From Paraspadella gotoi (taxonomy: Eukaryota; Animalia; Chaetognatha), in the NCBI GenBank assembly GCA_051294375.1, contig JBJCIZ010000780.1, positions 8,625-44,578 on the forward strand: 35,954 nt of DNA, written 5' to 3'. Position 1 is the first letter of the stretch. Each line of letters starts with the position of its first letter. Positions 21,400-34,667 of the stretch are shown here, piece by piece. The notes under the pieces were generated by a model. That model made no database searches and was not told the DNA's origin. It was given only the letters and a program-made list of their open reading frames with translations. Position numbers and translations under genes: made by a program.

Positions 21400-24300
21400 A
21401 AGAAGTTGAGCGTAAGTGTGATAATGTCAGAAGGGCAAAACGCGAAACTGGGAGTTCATCTCGTCTGCATACGATGTATATATGTGCTCGCTCTAGTAAG
21501 AAGTTCATCAAATTTTCCCGGTAAAGATCTTTACACATTTCATGTTTCATATCCCACGGAGCACTCAGCGGGTTTTTTATGTTTTAAATTTACAAACGAA
21601 CGTTTTATTATATGTGCTCTTTCTCTCTAATTTTTTCTCTTTTCTGTATCATCTGTTCCTCTCTGCGGATGCTAAGAACAGGGTTGTCGGCGCCTCGCCT
21701 GCAGGCGCGTCTGCTGCCGAAGCGACCGCTCTTGTTTCCGCACACGCTCGTGCTCTACTCCTCTTCTCTCTCCGTTTTGTTTAATCAGAAGTTACTTTTC
21801 GCTAAGATGCTGGGGTTCACCGTTGCGTCAAAACGCGACACGCGCGCAAACTAGAGCGCCGACCGCGTGGTCTTTGGGTAGATTGTAATACCTCTCCAAC
21901 CTAACTTGTTGCGCGTCCGTGCGCGATCATCCAGTACTTTGCCCTTTTTGCCCCTGATTCCTTTTTGGCATTAGATCTGGAGATAAAGGGGGCTCTAGCA
22001 GCTTCTCCTCTCTCATCTGAATCAACTCTTTTAAATTACTTACATCCCATAATCGTTCTCCTATTCGGCTGTTCTTTTATTTATTTCTTCCTCCATGGGA
22101 GACACGACGGTTTTGTCTTCAGAAGTGCGCATTTGCTCTTGGCCAAAGAGCGGATCGAATCACGTTACGGAAAAACTCCTCTGCAATACATCACACAATC
22201 TCTAGACAAGGATCCGGGTCCTTTGTCTCCCCGACCTTCGGTGCTCGATCTTCTATCTGAGATGGGATATTGTCTTTTGCCTATCTGTGCTGCGATCTTT
22301 TTGTCGGTGTTATTTCGGTGTTTTTTGAAAAATTTCTTTGATATATTTTTTTCTTGCTAAAAACTTTTTATTATTGCCAATTAATTCCGCGCTTGTTTTT
22401 CCATTAACCAAAACTCTCATATTATCTGTCATCGCCGATCCGATTGTTCGTGGGATTATACCTTCTCTCTTTCAATTTTTAAAAGGTACTCATCTCTTCC
22501 GTAATCGTAATTTGACAAGGTCTCGTCTCATTCATATCTTATTCTATTGTCTCAGTATTTCAATTCGCTTTTATCTAATCTTTCAATTTTCTCATACTTC
22601 TACATCATTTTTTCTCTCTTCACTTAATCATCATATCGCTATTATGTCTTAATGTTTGCTTTTATTTGTAGTACTATAATTATTTCCGCTCAATTGTAAA
22701 ATGACTAATATCTAATTAAGAATCTATATGAATTGCAGAGAGACATGGGCCATGCACTGAATCGGACTATCATTTGGAGCTATGCACCTCTGCAATGACT
22801 CATCATCTGCATTCATAAATTTGTTATACTATCTAGAATCAATAATCAAGCTCCTGAGTGGTGACTAGGTCCTCAATAAAGGTTACAAGCTTGAATTCAC
22901 ATAGGTGACTGCTTAAAAAAAATGACTCACTCAAAATTTATAGTATTTACTCCTTTGTGAGTGAGCTAGTGACATGCTTACAAATCAGGGCGTGTCAAAC
23001 ATGAATATGCGTATATAGGAGAATGTAACTTACTTCCGTCTCATTTATTGCACCAGGTTATTCTATCATTATGACATATTTATAATGTAGATAGTAAAAA
23101 GGGTCTCTTGAGCTAACTGATCTTTGGTGGTTTTACATTTGGTAAATATTATGAAGACTTATATAGTATTATTTAGTCACTGTTCGCTTCTTTCTCTCTC
23201 ATCTTCGATTCTTCGTTATCTCTCTTAGCTCTACTCTTTAATTATCGCCCTCTTACTTCTCACTCTCTTAGTCTCTCTCTGATCGATCTCTCTTATCTAC
23301 TCATTTCTATATTTATGTCTAGCGACAACCCTATAGTTTGACTTTAGATTTTTTAGGACTTTGTCACATCATCTTATATATTCAACACATTGCATTGCTA
23401 CTAATATTTCATAGACTCAGACTCTTTCCTTAGCTGAGTTAATTTTCACTGATCAAAACTTTAATATCCTATGACCTTCTCATACTTTTTCTTACCTTGT
23501 GGCTCACAAATTTTCATCATCTAATGTTTCATTGTGGTGGTGAGAATAGAATAGTAAATTAGAAAAAGAAGAGCTTCTAGAGTAAGTGTGAAAGCTCAAG
23601 TTTTTTGTACAGTTTAAGGAGACTCAATATGCAGCACTGGTTAGAGCGCCTTACGCACACCTGAGAAAACACCTTTGTATCAAGCTCTTCATATACGTAT
23701 TTATACTTACCTCACACACAAAGAGTTTCAATTCATCTCAGAGTCTATCCATACGCAATTAATGTATTAACTTTGTGGAGGTATTTACCTTGGTAATAAA
23801 ATAAAGGTTAAATTGAAGAGTTTCAGTAATATATCTCGCACACTTATGTTTCTTTTTCCATTTAAACTAATTTCTTGCACATCACCACGATTTCCATCTG
23901 AATACTCTCTTTTATCTCCGAGCTTTTATTCACACACTTTTGTCTATACTCACACACATATTTTTAATTCTATCATCACTCCTAAAAGTTCTTTAACTAA
24001 CTCACTCGTTAGTTAATTAGTGTAGCTATATAGTGATGGAGTACGTTGAATGGATCAGGTTGATTGACTAATTAATTATATTACTTTATTTAAGTTAACT
24101 TATTGATACTATCTGGATTTGAATGAAGTTAACTGATTAAAATTACTCTTAGATTTATTAAATCCTGTTTGACAAGATACATTTATATAACCAGGAAAAG
24201 AAGCTCATAATCATTAGTATATTTATAACAGGATTTTTGTTATTTATCGGTCATTTCAATTCTAATTTCTCGCCACCACTCAGAACTATATTCATCAGAC

Positions 24301-26760
24301 ACTTGATAGCTTCCCCTGTTCCAACTCTCACACCTCTTCTCTACCTCAACATACAAAATTCCAGATCACATATGGTTTTCATGTTTCCTAATACGCCACT
24401 CATTTATGTATTGTGTGTTCCATAAAATAGTGATATTAGATAAGATTGTTTTGTTTTGTATCGATTTAACTGCAACGTCATTTCCACTTAAACGGACTGA
24501 TTGAGTTATCCCGAAAATTTAATTATCTCACACTTTAATTCTCCATTATTATATTACTACTTGACTTACATAGTCCACCATTCTTAAATTTCACATTTAG
24601 AGATCCACTCCATACAAACATCAACGAGTTAATTATGCGTGTTTTCTGCTAAAGTGTCTGGGACGGACAGAGCAACGGAACGGACGGATCGAGCAGGCAC
24701 GGAATACGGTACGGACTGACGGACTGGACGGAACGAGGATTCGGTCGGAGACGTTACGGAACGGAATGGTAAGGCGTGACAGGACAGACTGAAGCAAATA
24801 TGTACGTGTGATTGTACGGTGTGATAACATACTTTGGAGTCTGTCGGATGTAGTTAAAGAGATGATATAGAGCCATAATTTAATGATAGAGTGTGCGTAT
24901 TTTCTTGAGCATGATATTAGCATATTGGTTGCCCGTTACAATGATAGGAGCGAACGAACGCTTGATAGTAGAGTCGGAGATATAAATGTCTGTATGTTGT
25001 GTAAGAGGTCAGGGATCTTAGCTGATAAGAGCAGATCCGACTAAAGAATAAGTTCGAGGTGCCGTCAACAACAAACAAATGTAGACATATTGGCAACTAG
25101 TGAGGTCAAATTTAGATGGTAGATACGAACGCAGTAGGACAGAAAATATCTGAATATATTTCTCTAAGAGCAGAATATTTCAGTTAATTATTATAGTTTC
25201 GCGTTTGTCGCAGAGGAGAATAAGAAAGTGAATAGAAGTAATTAAGTGTGCACTGTATGCGAGAGCGCAGAGCGCAGAAGTCCTAGGTTGAGGCTCACAA
25301 GTATTAGATATCGTGACAGGTACGGAGCTTCATCTTTGTGACAGCAATCTTCGATGTGTCTCGTCGGTCGGCAGTGCTGTAGATCTTTTATACCATGTAA
25401 AACTACATCAACGCGTTTGTATACGGTTGGGACTGGGATTCTATACCGCTTGTGCTTTCTTCAAAATAGAGACTACTCGTAGAAGCTGATTGACCGTGAA
25501 CGTTCTTACAGAAAAGTGATGCGATCACTCCAGCCTGAAGCCTAGAACGCGCCGGAGTTATAAGAGCTTTAGATATGGCTTCTGCTATCGGGTGTGGTAG
25601 GTCGAATGATGTTTCTCTATATATATATGTCTCTCTCTCTTTACTTCTTCCGCTGATGAATGGTTCGTGGAAGAGTATGCTTAGTCGAGATATTCATTTC
25701 TTCTTTTACACCTCTTGCGCCGCTTCTCTCAGATAGTAATGAGATAGTCTGTTGTGTTCTGAATCTATGTGACTCTCGGTAACTTCGATTATGGATTTAG
25801 CTGTGAGGCAATAATCATTTAATGATATTATGATTCACCAAGGTATACTACGAGCTCATAATTAGTGTCGCCATATGAATTATGGTATAGGTTGTGGGCG
25901 GAATAAGTGGATCGCCAGAGAATTGCTTGTAAGTGCTACCACTTATAGTCATGATCTGGCAAGATAAGTAGTTATTATTTGTTGAAGATGTTGCTGAGAT
26001 TGTTTCATAATAGTGGTTTATTATATAAATCTCAGAATGGAGCTACACATAGTAGGAATACGAGAGAGCGCATTGTATTAGAAGAAGTCATTATATAGAG
26101 TCTTAAAATTTTAATCACAATTAAGATATACACATCTTTTGACCTCATGCTATTGATTCTGGAAATAACTTCCTCAAGCAGTGATTTTTTTCCTTTCCTC
26201 TTTCATTTTGCTTTACAATATTATAGTATAGTGATGGTTATTTTCTTCACTATTATCATATAATGGTCAGTTAGCTGGGCCTTTCTTCAAACTCCGTGTG
26301 TAAAGACGAGATAATGCAGGCCTCTGCAACCGACTTGACTTGCTACACTCGCTTATATGCCACTCAATGAGGCTAGTACACAGCCTTTTTTTACTATTCT
26401 GCTCGAATTTCTGTCATCTATCGTGTGTCGTCTACAACCAATATATATTACTTAATCTCTTTCTCTGTCCTGACTCTGTCTCACTCTGTCAACTCAAATA
26501 AGTTCTATGTGGCGACTCTCGCCCTTGCGCTGCGGTGATTCGTGTTTACAGGTCTCGAAAATATGTGTTTGGTGATTATAATTTGTTGCCTTCTTACATA
26601 CACTCTTTATCTATCACAGAGCATATATTTATTACTGCGACTATGTTTCAGTGCTTTCTGGCGAAAGAACACTTTCTCAATTTACAATGACCGAACGCAT
26701 TTTCTCCGTGGCATTTATTCATCTCTTCTATTCTCTCTTTATCTTCTCAAATTTAGCTAT
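21400..26760 (+). repeat. Very noisy, expanded copy of ~28700-32470 (HINE3, HINE1 and HINE2 in the same order)
   Basis: Ordered anchors: AAGATCTTTA..TCATGTTTCATATC, CTTTGGGTAGA, GACGGA repeats at 24660-24790, AGCAGATCCGACTAAA at ~25029-25044, TTTAGATATGGCTTCT at ~25570. Confidence 0.75.
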
Positions 26761-27404
26761 CTTATAAAGGTCATGCTCATTTTTTCACTCATCAGTCGCA
26801 CATTTTCACTCTACCATGACGCAGACGTCACCTGCATTTTGCTTTCTCGTATTTTATTATCAAGATTATAAAGAGTATTGTTTAACTCTAATTTACACAA
26901 GTAATTGCGAAGCTGATTAATTAAGTTTTGGTGATAAAAAAGACAGATTGGTCGAATTTTGCTGTGGCGCGAAACAACTATAACACGCATGATGACTCAT
27001 CGGATCAACCTATATTTGCACCTACAAATTCAACGACCTTTCTACTTCTCGGTCGTTTGCTCTTTCTCTTATGTAATTATCACATTGTTGTGAACTTAGC
27101 ATCTAAGCCTTTTGACTGTTATTATATTTACTTGTTTCTTTAAAATTCCTGCTTTTCTCCAAAGTCAAACTCATATAATTGTTATGTCGCATCATCTCGA
27201 TTAGGAGAGATTCAGGGATGATCTCATTTCATATATGTCAAAAAAGAGCAATATTAAAAATACATTTGTCATTAACACTTATCAATAATTACTGTCTCTT
27301 CATGATATTCCATTACTTTCATTTTGTAAAGCGAATTTTAAATATGAACTGCTAAAAATAAGCTTTTCTGGCGACTCAAATTGACCTCAGCCAAGATGAC
27401 CTTA

Positions 27405-27438
27405 GTGAACGTATCTTTATGCACAAAGATACGTTCAC
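27405..27438. other. Perfect 14-bp stem hairpin, likely the terminus of a further HINE family
   Basis: GTGAACGTATCTTT-atgcac-AAAGATACGTTCAC, next to TGACCT motifs and a short A run. Confidence 0.55.
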
Positions 27439-28449
27439 CAAACTTCTTCTTCTTACATTATAAGCCAAGAACCGAAAACTAATTTTGATCTCTCTTTTAA
27501 TCGACGTCCAAAGTATTGTTATCAACTACATATCAACTACATATTGTTATCAACTACATTTTAACCTCATTGTATCTTCTTCAAATATATCGTCCATTTA
27601 TCATTGTTTTGAACATTTGTAATATGTTGTTGCCTTTGTTATTGACTTTTCAAGTAGTTAATATAAAATGAATTAAATTAAATTAACGACTCAATTCTTT
27701 ATGACGAGGGTCTTCAAACTTCTTCAAAATATTAAAATATTAAAAAAACCAAATGTTTTAGAGAGAGGGGGGCTAGTGGTAATGTGCAAAATTATTAAAT
27801 CACGGATTTAATTTGAATGCTAACAGATTATTAACAAATATTATAATATAAAATAAAAATTTAAAGAGGATAAAATTGAAGAAAATAACAAAACGATTAA
27901 GGAAAATGTTCAAGTTGTGATTAGCAAATCTTTGGCAGACTTCGATTACAAAGTTATTTAGTCAGGTTTGTCAGGTCGGTAGGCCTATCTCTTTCTCCCT
28001 CTCTTCCATTCTCAGCATCTTTTTCTAAGCACTGATCAAAACATTGAGAGAAAATTGCATAGTTTTTATAAATTAACAATAGAGAAACTTGTGTCTTGAA
28101 TTTGGGTACAGAATTACATATAGATAAACATAACATACTTGTTTGATAAATCAATTATAAAATTATTCTCTGTACAATAGGGCGTTTAAAAAAATAACAA
28201 AATATAATACAAATCGAATAAGGTATATACTATATAGTAATATTTTACAATATAAAACCAATTATTGTAAAATTTTTACTATTTTATTGTCAAATGTACA
28301 TTTTGGGTCATTTCGTTCTTTTTCATCTGAACTACGCCCCCTGAGTTGGTTTAAAAGCCAGGGGAGCAAGGGCTATCATTGGTCATTTTTAAAGGCAGTC
28401 CACCTATGAGGGTATCGATCGTTTGGTACGACCCCGGCAGATTTTTAGA

Positions 28450-28600
28450 AAACGAAGTTGAGCAAACAACTGTCGGAATCTGCTCGATAATTTAATTAAA
28501 TTAATTGATTAATTAATTAATAGATTAATTAATTATTAGATTAATAATTAATTAATAATTAATTAATTAATTAATTATAGTTAATTATAATTTATATCAG
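28450..28600 (-). mobile_element. HINE family 1 3' end
   Basis: Minus strand ATCGAGCAGATTCCGAC-AGTTG-tttgct-CAACT with (TAAT)n upstream. Confidence 0.7.
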
Positions 28601-28685
28601 CTCGTCATCATCGATGTCTTAAAATTGAGTCAGGAAAGTTATATAATTTTTTTGTTTACATTTATCAAAAACCACAAATATCCTC

Positions 28686-29925
28686 TATTAATCGAGCAGG
28701 CGGGCACAAGCCCGTCTGTCTAGATTTTTTTTTCGTTAGCTTTCGGTCATCGCTTTTTTGCACACTCATGGCTTCTGAAGTGTGATATTCATAGGGATTG
28801 ATTTTCATAATATGCGTTCTAATCATCAAGATCTTTAAAATTCTCATGTTTCATATCAATTATTGGTATTTGTTTAATGTTTTATTTACAAAACAAAAAC
28901 GTTTTAATTATATGTCGCTCTCCTCTCTCCTCTTTTTTTCTCTTTTCTCCACGCGATCAGCTGCTTTTCTACAAACAGAGTTTTCCGGCTCTGCAGCGGT
29001 CTGTCGCAGCTTTCTTTCTCTCTCTTCTCTCTCTCTCTCTTTTTTTTTCACAAAAATTTTTAGATATAAAGTGGGTTCACTAATGTAAAAAAACGATGGC
29101 GAACAGGGCGCGAAACGCGGGTCCTTTGGGTAGAGCATAGCTACGCTACGTGGGCGCCATAAAGTACTGCTGATTCTTTAACGAGTAAAGGGGCTTCTAG
29201 AGCTTTCTCTCTCTCTTCTTTTAATTTATTATATATCGCTCTTCTCTTTCTCTTTTTCTCCTGCAGCGTTGTCCTCTCTCTCTCTCTCTTTTTCGTCTCT
29301 CTCATCTGCTGTCTCTCTGTCTATCTGTGTGCTGTCTGTCCCTATCTGTCCGATCTTTTGCGTGATCGTTTGTTTTTTTGAAAAATTCTGATTATTTTTT
29401 CCTTCTAAAAACTTTTTATTATTGCCATTTATTTCGCGCGTTTTTTTAAATACAAATCCCATATTTTCATCGAGATTCGTAGGATTTTATTCTCTTTCTT
29501 CTCCTTCTCTCTCTCCTCTTTCATCATCTCTCTCTTTCTTTCTTCTCGTCTCAGTCTTGTTCTTTCTTCTCTCTCTTTCAACTACATACACGCATTTGTT
29601 TGTTTTAATTGACTATCATCGCATCAATGAATGACATCAAATCGAATCAATGAATGAACAAATCATCGCATCACTGAATGACTAACTCACAGCAGTGAAT
29701 GGACTATCATTCGCATCAATAATTGATTATCATCGAATCAATAATCATTCTATTACAATCAATAAATACTATTACACTCAATCAATTAGTATTTAACTTC
29801 ATAATTATAGTAACATCAACAATTCGTTATAGCAGATTCATTCGTTTTTTTATCCGGGTTTTTTTCATTAATTTTCTATGATAGTGGGCTCTGGCTTCGA
29901 TCTTGAGTCTTTTTAAGATTTTTTT
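28686..29925 (+). mobile_element. HINE family 3 (variant related to family 2)
   Basis: 5' ATCGAG-CAGGCGGGC-acaa-GCCCGTCTG hairpin; shared CT module and 23-bp arrays; 3' GGCTTCGATCTT..TTTTAAGATTTTTTT. Confidence 0.6.
29097..29158 (-). pseudogene. tRNA-like fragment inside the HINE
   Basis: Minus strand GGCGCCCACGTAGCGTAGC...CCCAAAGGACCCGCGTTTCGCGCCCTGTTCGCCA followed by TCG-T7; too short for a full cloverleaf. Confidence 0.35.
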
Positions 29926-30059
29926 AATTTTATGTCTCCTTCTCTCTTCTGCTCTCTCTCTCCTCTCTCTCTTTCTCCTCTCACGTCTCTCTCTCTCTCT
30001 CTCATTCTCTTTCTCTCTTCTCCTCTTTTTATCAATTAGCGAACGATTGCTTAAGATTT

Positions 30060-31403
30060 AGCATTTTTTAAATGCATCATTTTTATTCATAATTTTTCAA
30101 TTGTCTTAAGCTATTTTTCATTGTAATTTTTATCACATTCCTTAATTTATACTTAGAATTCATATTAGTTCAGTTGTAATATTTTTTCCATACCTTCCAC
30201 GCATTCGTCAAAACTTTATATCTAGCATTTTCACTCCACTTTCTAACCGGCTCACAAATTTCATACTCAATCTTATCATGGGTTAAAATAAATTAAAAAG
30301 ATTCAAGTAAATGACTCATATATTTTTTCATTATAAACTCATTTACTGGTAACGTTTCACTGAAACTTTATATCAAGCTTCGTCATAACGTTTTCCTACC
30401 CACACAACAAAATTTCAACTCAATCTATCCATCCAATTATGATTAATTGGAGTATTTATTGGTTAAAATAAGTAAAAAGATTTTAGTAAATTCGACTTAT
30501 TTGTTTCCATTTAAACTAATTTCCACTCACACGATTTCCATCGAAATTTTATATCCAGCTTTATCACAGACACTTCTTCACACCAACACACAAAATTTTA
30601 ATTCCACAATCCAACCAGCCAATCACGAAAGTTATTGGAGCTTTTTGCTAAGATGGGACGGCATGGACGGATGATTGACTAATTAATTAATTATTGATTA
30701 ATTTATTTACTAAATTTGATTAATTAACTGATTTAATTATTTGATTTATTAATACATCCTGCAGAATACATTTAATATAAAAGGAAAAAGAAGCATAATC
30801 AATTAGTAAAACAGGTTTTTTGTTTTTTTTTCCATTTAACTCATTTTCCACTCAAACTTTCCATCGAAACTTGATTTCCTGTTCAATCACACACTTCCTA
30901 CCCACATCAAAAATTCCAGGTCAATCAGCCCATCCACTCATGAGCAATTGGTGTTTCAAATAGTGAATATATTTTTTTTGTTTTTTCCATTTAAACTCAT
31001 TTCCACTCGGACGATTCCATCGAAACTTAATATCCAGCTCAATCCACACTTACCTATCCACACACAAAATTTCATTTAATCCATCCCTCAATCACGAGTA
31101 ATTGGTGTTTTTTGCTAAGGTGGCGGACGGACGGACGGACGGACGGACGGAGACGGACGACGGACGGACGGACGGACGGACGGACGGACGGACGGACGGA
31201 CGGACGGACGACGGACGGACGGACAGACAGACGGACGGACGGACATCATTTTTTTTGCAATAATTTATCATAATTCGATGTTCTGACATGATATAAGTGT
31301 GTGCCCGACAATATTGAGGGGGCGGACCGACGGACCGAAAAAGTGAGTTATAAAAAGTGAGTTATAGAGTCGGGATCTGCTGATAAGCAGATCCGACTAA
31401 AAA
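30060..31403 (-). mobile_element. HINE family 1, two abutting/nested copies with 180-bp arrays and a long (GACG)n
   Basis: AGTCGG(G)ATCTGCT-GATA-AGCAGATCCGACT-AAAAA terminus at ~31368-31403; (GGAC)n at ~31125-31245; internal junction near 30670. Confidence 0.85.
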
Positions 31404-31532
31404 CAAGTCGATCCGAAAAAAAATGTAGAAATGGAAAGGTAGGAATGGTAGAAAAGTAGGACAGAAATTCTAATTTTCCCAGAAAATTTGTAATTTTGTT
31501 GGTCAGAAGACCACTAATAAAAAGTATTAGGA

Positions 31533-32855
31533 TTTTTATCGAGCCTACCGGCGAAGCCGGTTCAGGCTCAATATTGATTCGGGTCAGCTTCTTTGTGACA
31601 TCGTCGTTGTCGTCGTCGTCGGCGTCATGCTGTTTTTATATAAAAACTACTACGCTTTTTATAGGTTGGCTGGGACTTACCGTTTTTTTTTAAATAAAAA
31701 TTATTATGAATTATGATAAAGTTTTACAAAAGTGTTGCGATCATAGTAAGTTAAAAATTTAGATATGGCTTCTCATCTTGAAATGCTTTTGATATTTTCT
31801 TTATTACATTTGGATTTAAGTATTTTTGTTTGAATTTCCACTCATTATGATTTACTGCAATATGCAAATGAGATTATAGTACTCATTATAATATCCAAAT
31901 TAGTATATAGAAATGCCTTTAATTAATTTAACATATTGCAGTATATATTATTGAAGATAATTCAAAAGTTTTTTTTAAATCTATAATAAAAATGGGAAAT
32001 CAAAGGACCTTTTGAGAAGCTATATCTTAATTTTATACAAATAAAAATAAAATCTTTTACAAGCTATGATTGGAAAAAGTTGTAAACATTTTTTTCCTTT
32101 CTTTTATTTCTTTAATTATATATGTATTTTTCTTCCTACTTTTGTCAGTTGCTGCCTCTTCTGAACACCTTTAAAAACGAGTTCAGGCTCTGCAGTGATT
32201 GTACAACTGCTTTCAGTGGCTGTGTCCAGCTTTTTTTTCTTTCTCTCTCTGTCTCTGTCTGTCTCTTTCTTTCTCTTTCTGTCTGTCTCTGTCTCTCTCC
32301 CTCTTTCTGTGCGATCTCTTGCGTGATCGTTTTTTTGAAAAATTTTTGATTATTTTTTTCCTTTTAAAACTTTTATTATCGCATTTATTCTGCGCTTTTT
32401 TCTCAATGCAAAATCCCAAATTTACATCCGAGATTTTCGTGGGATTTATTCTCTTTCTTTCTCTCTCTTTCTTTCTCTCTCTCTCTCTTTCTCTCTCTCT
32501 TTTCACTCATACACGCATTTGTTTGTTTTTTTTATGAATGAATGATTCATTGCGTCAATGAATGACTATCATCGCATCAATGAATTGACTATCATCGTAT
32601 CAATGAATGATTATCATCGAAGTCAATGAATGACTATTAATAGTCTAGTGAATAGTATTATCACATCAATCATTTAGTTATTATCACATCAATCATTTGG
32701 TTATCATCACCTCGATCATTTGGTTATCATCGCATCAATTATTGGTTATCATCGCATCAATATTTGATTATCAACGCATCAATCATTTGGTTATCATCGC
32801 ATCAATCCTTTGGTTATCATCGCATCAATATTTGGTTATCATTGAAGGTAGGCGA
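31533..32855 (+). mobile_element. HINE family 2 copy, 3' end degenerate
   Basis: Colinear with 18024-18920 and 20390-20660; a different 5' flank from the 18024 copy defines the boundary. Confidence 0.75.
32550..32841. repeat. ~21-23-bp tandem array (TTATCATCGCATCAATCATTTGG)n
   Basis: Directly visible; related arrays at 6600-6790, 12900-13120, 20410-20650 and 29610-29800. Confidence 0.9.
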
Positions 32856-33458
32856 ATGCAATATTTTTAATAGTTTCTTTATAAGCTGTAAATAGACCGG
32901 AGTAAACTATGAAATATTAAACTAAAAAGTAGAACAAATTTTTGGTTAAAAGTATCATTTTTAAAAAATAAACTAGCTATATTTTTTATTATTTATAAAA
33001 ATTAAGACACTATTTAAAAAATTTTGAACCACTTAATTGAAGGTAGGGGACAAATTACAGCATGAGAAGTCCGCACCCTAATTTTTTTTTCGTTATAACA
33101 ATAAAAGAAATGAAAAAAAAATGTATTCATTTTTTGGTCCTTATCCTGTATTTAGTCATATCTTTTATACTATATAAGATTTTGCATTAATATTTTTTGT
33201 ACTTATCTAAAAAAACATGATGTTTCAGACAACCTTTTCAAAGGCACAATTTATAGTCACTGAATTTTTTTTATTTCTGCAGTCTCCGCCACGTTAACTT
33301 GCATCGTGTCATATAAAGAAAAAAAGGGTTACCACCATCAAATTCTACAGACTAGATTAAACTAAAATAGCTATGTACCTAACTCGATTTGTTATATTTT
33401 GTTATTTTTCAACACTCTAATGTGCAAAGAATTCGTCTTTCCATTTACCTATTCCCAG

Positions 33459-33841
33459 GAAATGCGACTAAGGACAAGAAGAAACATTTCTTTAGCAAAA
33501 AATTAAAGAAGTCCGATGATCATGACGAGAAAATGAGCCGTCTGAAGATGCTTAAGGAAGATTCTGAGTCAACGCTTTTGAGCTTGAAGAAGGAGTTGGA
33601 AATCGTGGTGGAGCGGTCTCGCGGGCAGCAGCAAACCATCTTCAACAACCTCGAAGCCGAGAAGAAGCTGAGAAACAAGCAGATCATGCAAACCTTTGTG
33701 GATTGCTTGGAGAAAGAGATGGAACTGCAAGATCAGCGGCGGCAGCAAATGCAGACGATCGTCGATGAGTTGAAGGCCCTCAATGTCGACGACATTTTTA
33801 CGGAAAAAGTCTCCAACGCCACCATCGACCATCAAAAATGA
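33459..33841 (+). CDS. Terminal exon of a BAR-domain (SNX-BAR-like) protein
   Basis: CCTATTCCCAG acceptor, phase 1; GC3-rich frame to TGA; QQTIFNNLEAEKKLRNKQIMQTFVDCLEKEMELQDQRRQQMQTIVDELKAL follows the pattern of the last BAR helix of SNX1/2-type proteins (by eye). Confidence 0.8.
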
Positions 33842-34667
33842 TCCCGACGACAACTACAAAGAAATCAAAGTCTTTTGTTTTTCATTCTTCTTTTTTCATT
33901 CTATTTTTTAAAATTTTTATTGTACATATGGCTAAAAGTAGTTGGTGATACCGGTCAATGCTCATTTGCCTGATTAGTGAATATTTAATGAAATGAACAT
34001 TAAATTGATGATTTATTGAAATGACTTTACATTGTTAAGGTTTTGAACTACACTACACTGTCACTACAATTAAATACAATACTTGTACGTTCTAACACTG
34101 GCATTGTGGCTTGATAGACAGACATTTAAATTAGGTTCTCGAAAAATAGCCTTTTTTATTTTATATAAATTTTTTTATAAACCTATTGTTTTGGGCAATT
34201 TTTGATAAATTTTTAAAAAAATTATATTTTTAACAATATTCTTGAAATATTTTTTTAAAAAAATTACGGCGAATTGAATAAAGAGATAATTGCCTTTGTT
34301 TTGCTAAAAGAAATTTAAAAAAATGATTATACATTGAAAAGTTATAATTTTTTTAAATTAAAAAAATCACTTGCCTTAATAATTATTTTTATTTAATAAG
34401 TTTGAACTAAGCTAAAGGGAAAAATGGAATGCACTATTCTCAGAGTAAATATAAAAATAATACATTCTGATTTTACAATGAGTAACTTTAATATCTTGTC
34501 TCACCAGGTTATTAAATTTTTTAAAAGTTTTTATCATTTTATAATGATAATATATTTTTTTTATATAAAATAAAAAGAAAAAATGACAAAAGCGATTAAA
34601 TGATTAAAAATTGATAAAATGAGACAAAAAGGGTAAAATTAATGAAATTTAAGCAACTGAGAGATAT

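Noticed and set aside
31092-31289. (SVRP)n repeat protein ORF
   Set aside because: Translation of the HINE (GTCC)n microsatellite
32550-32841. CRISPR-like regular repeats (also 3481-3587)
   Set aside because: Head-to-tail units with no unique spacers, no cas genes, eukaryotic context
33569-33853. 94-aa minus-strand ORF (also 10402-10641 and 17803-18000)
   Set aside because: Antisense shadows of GC3-rich + strand exons
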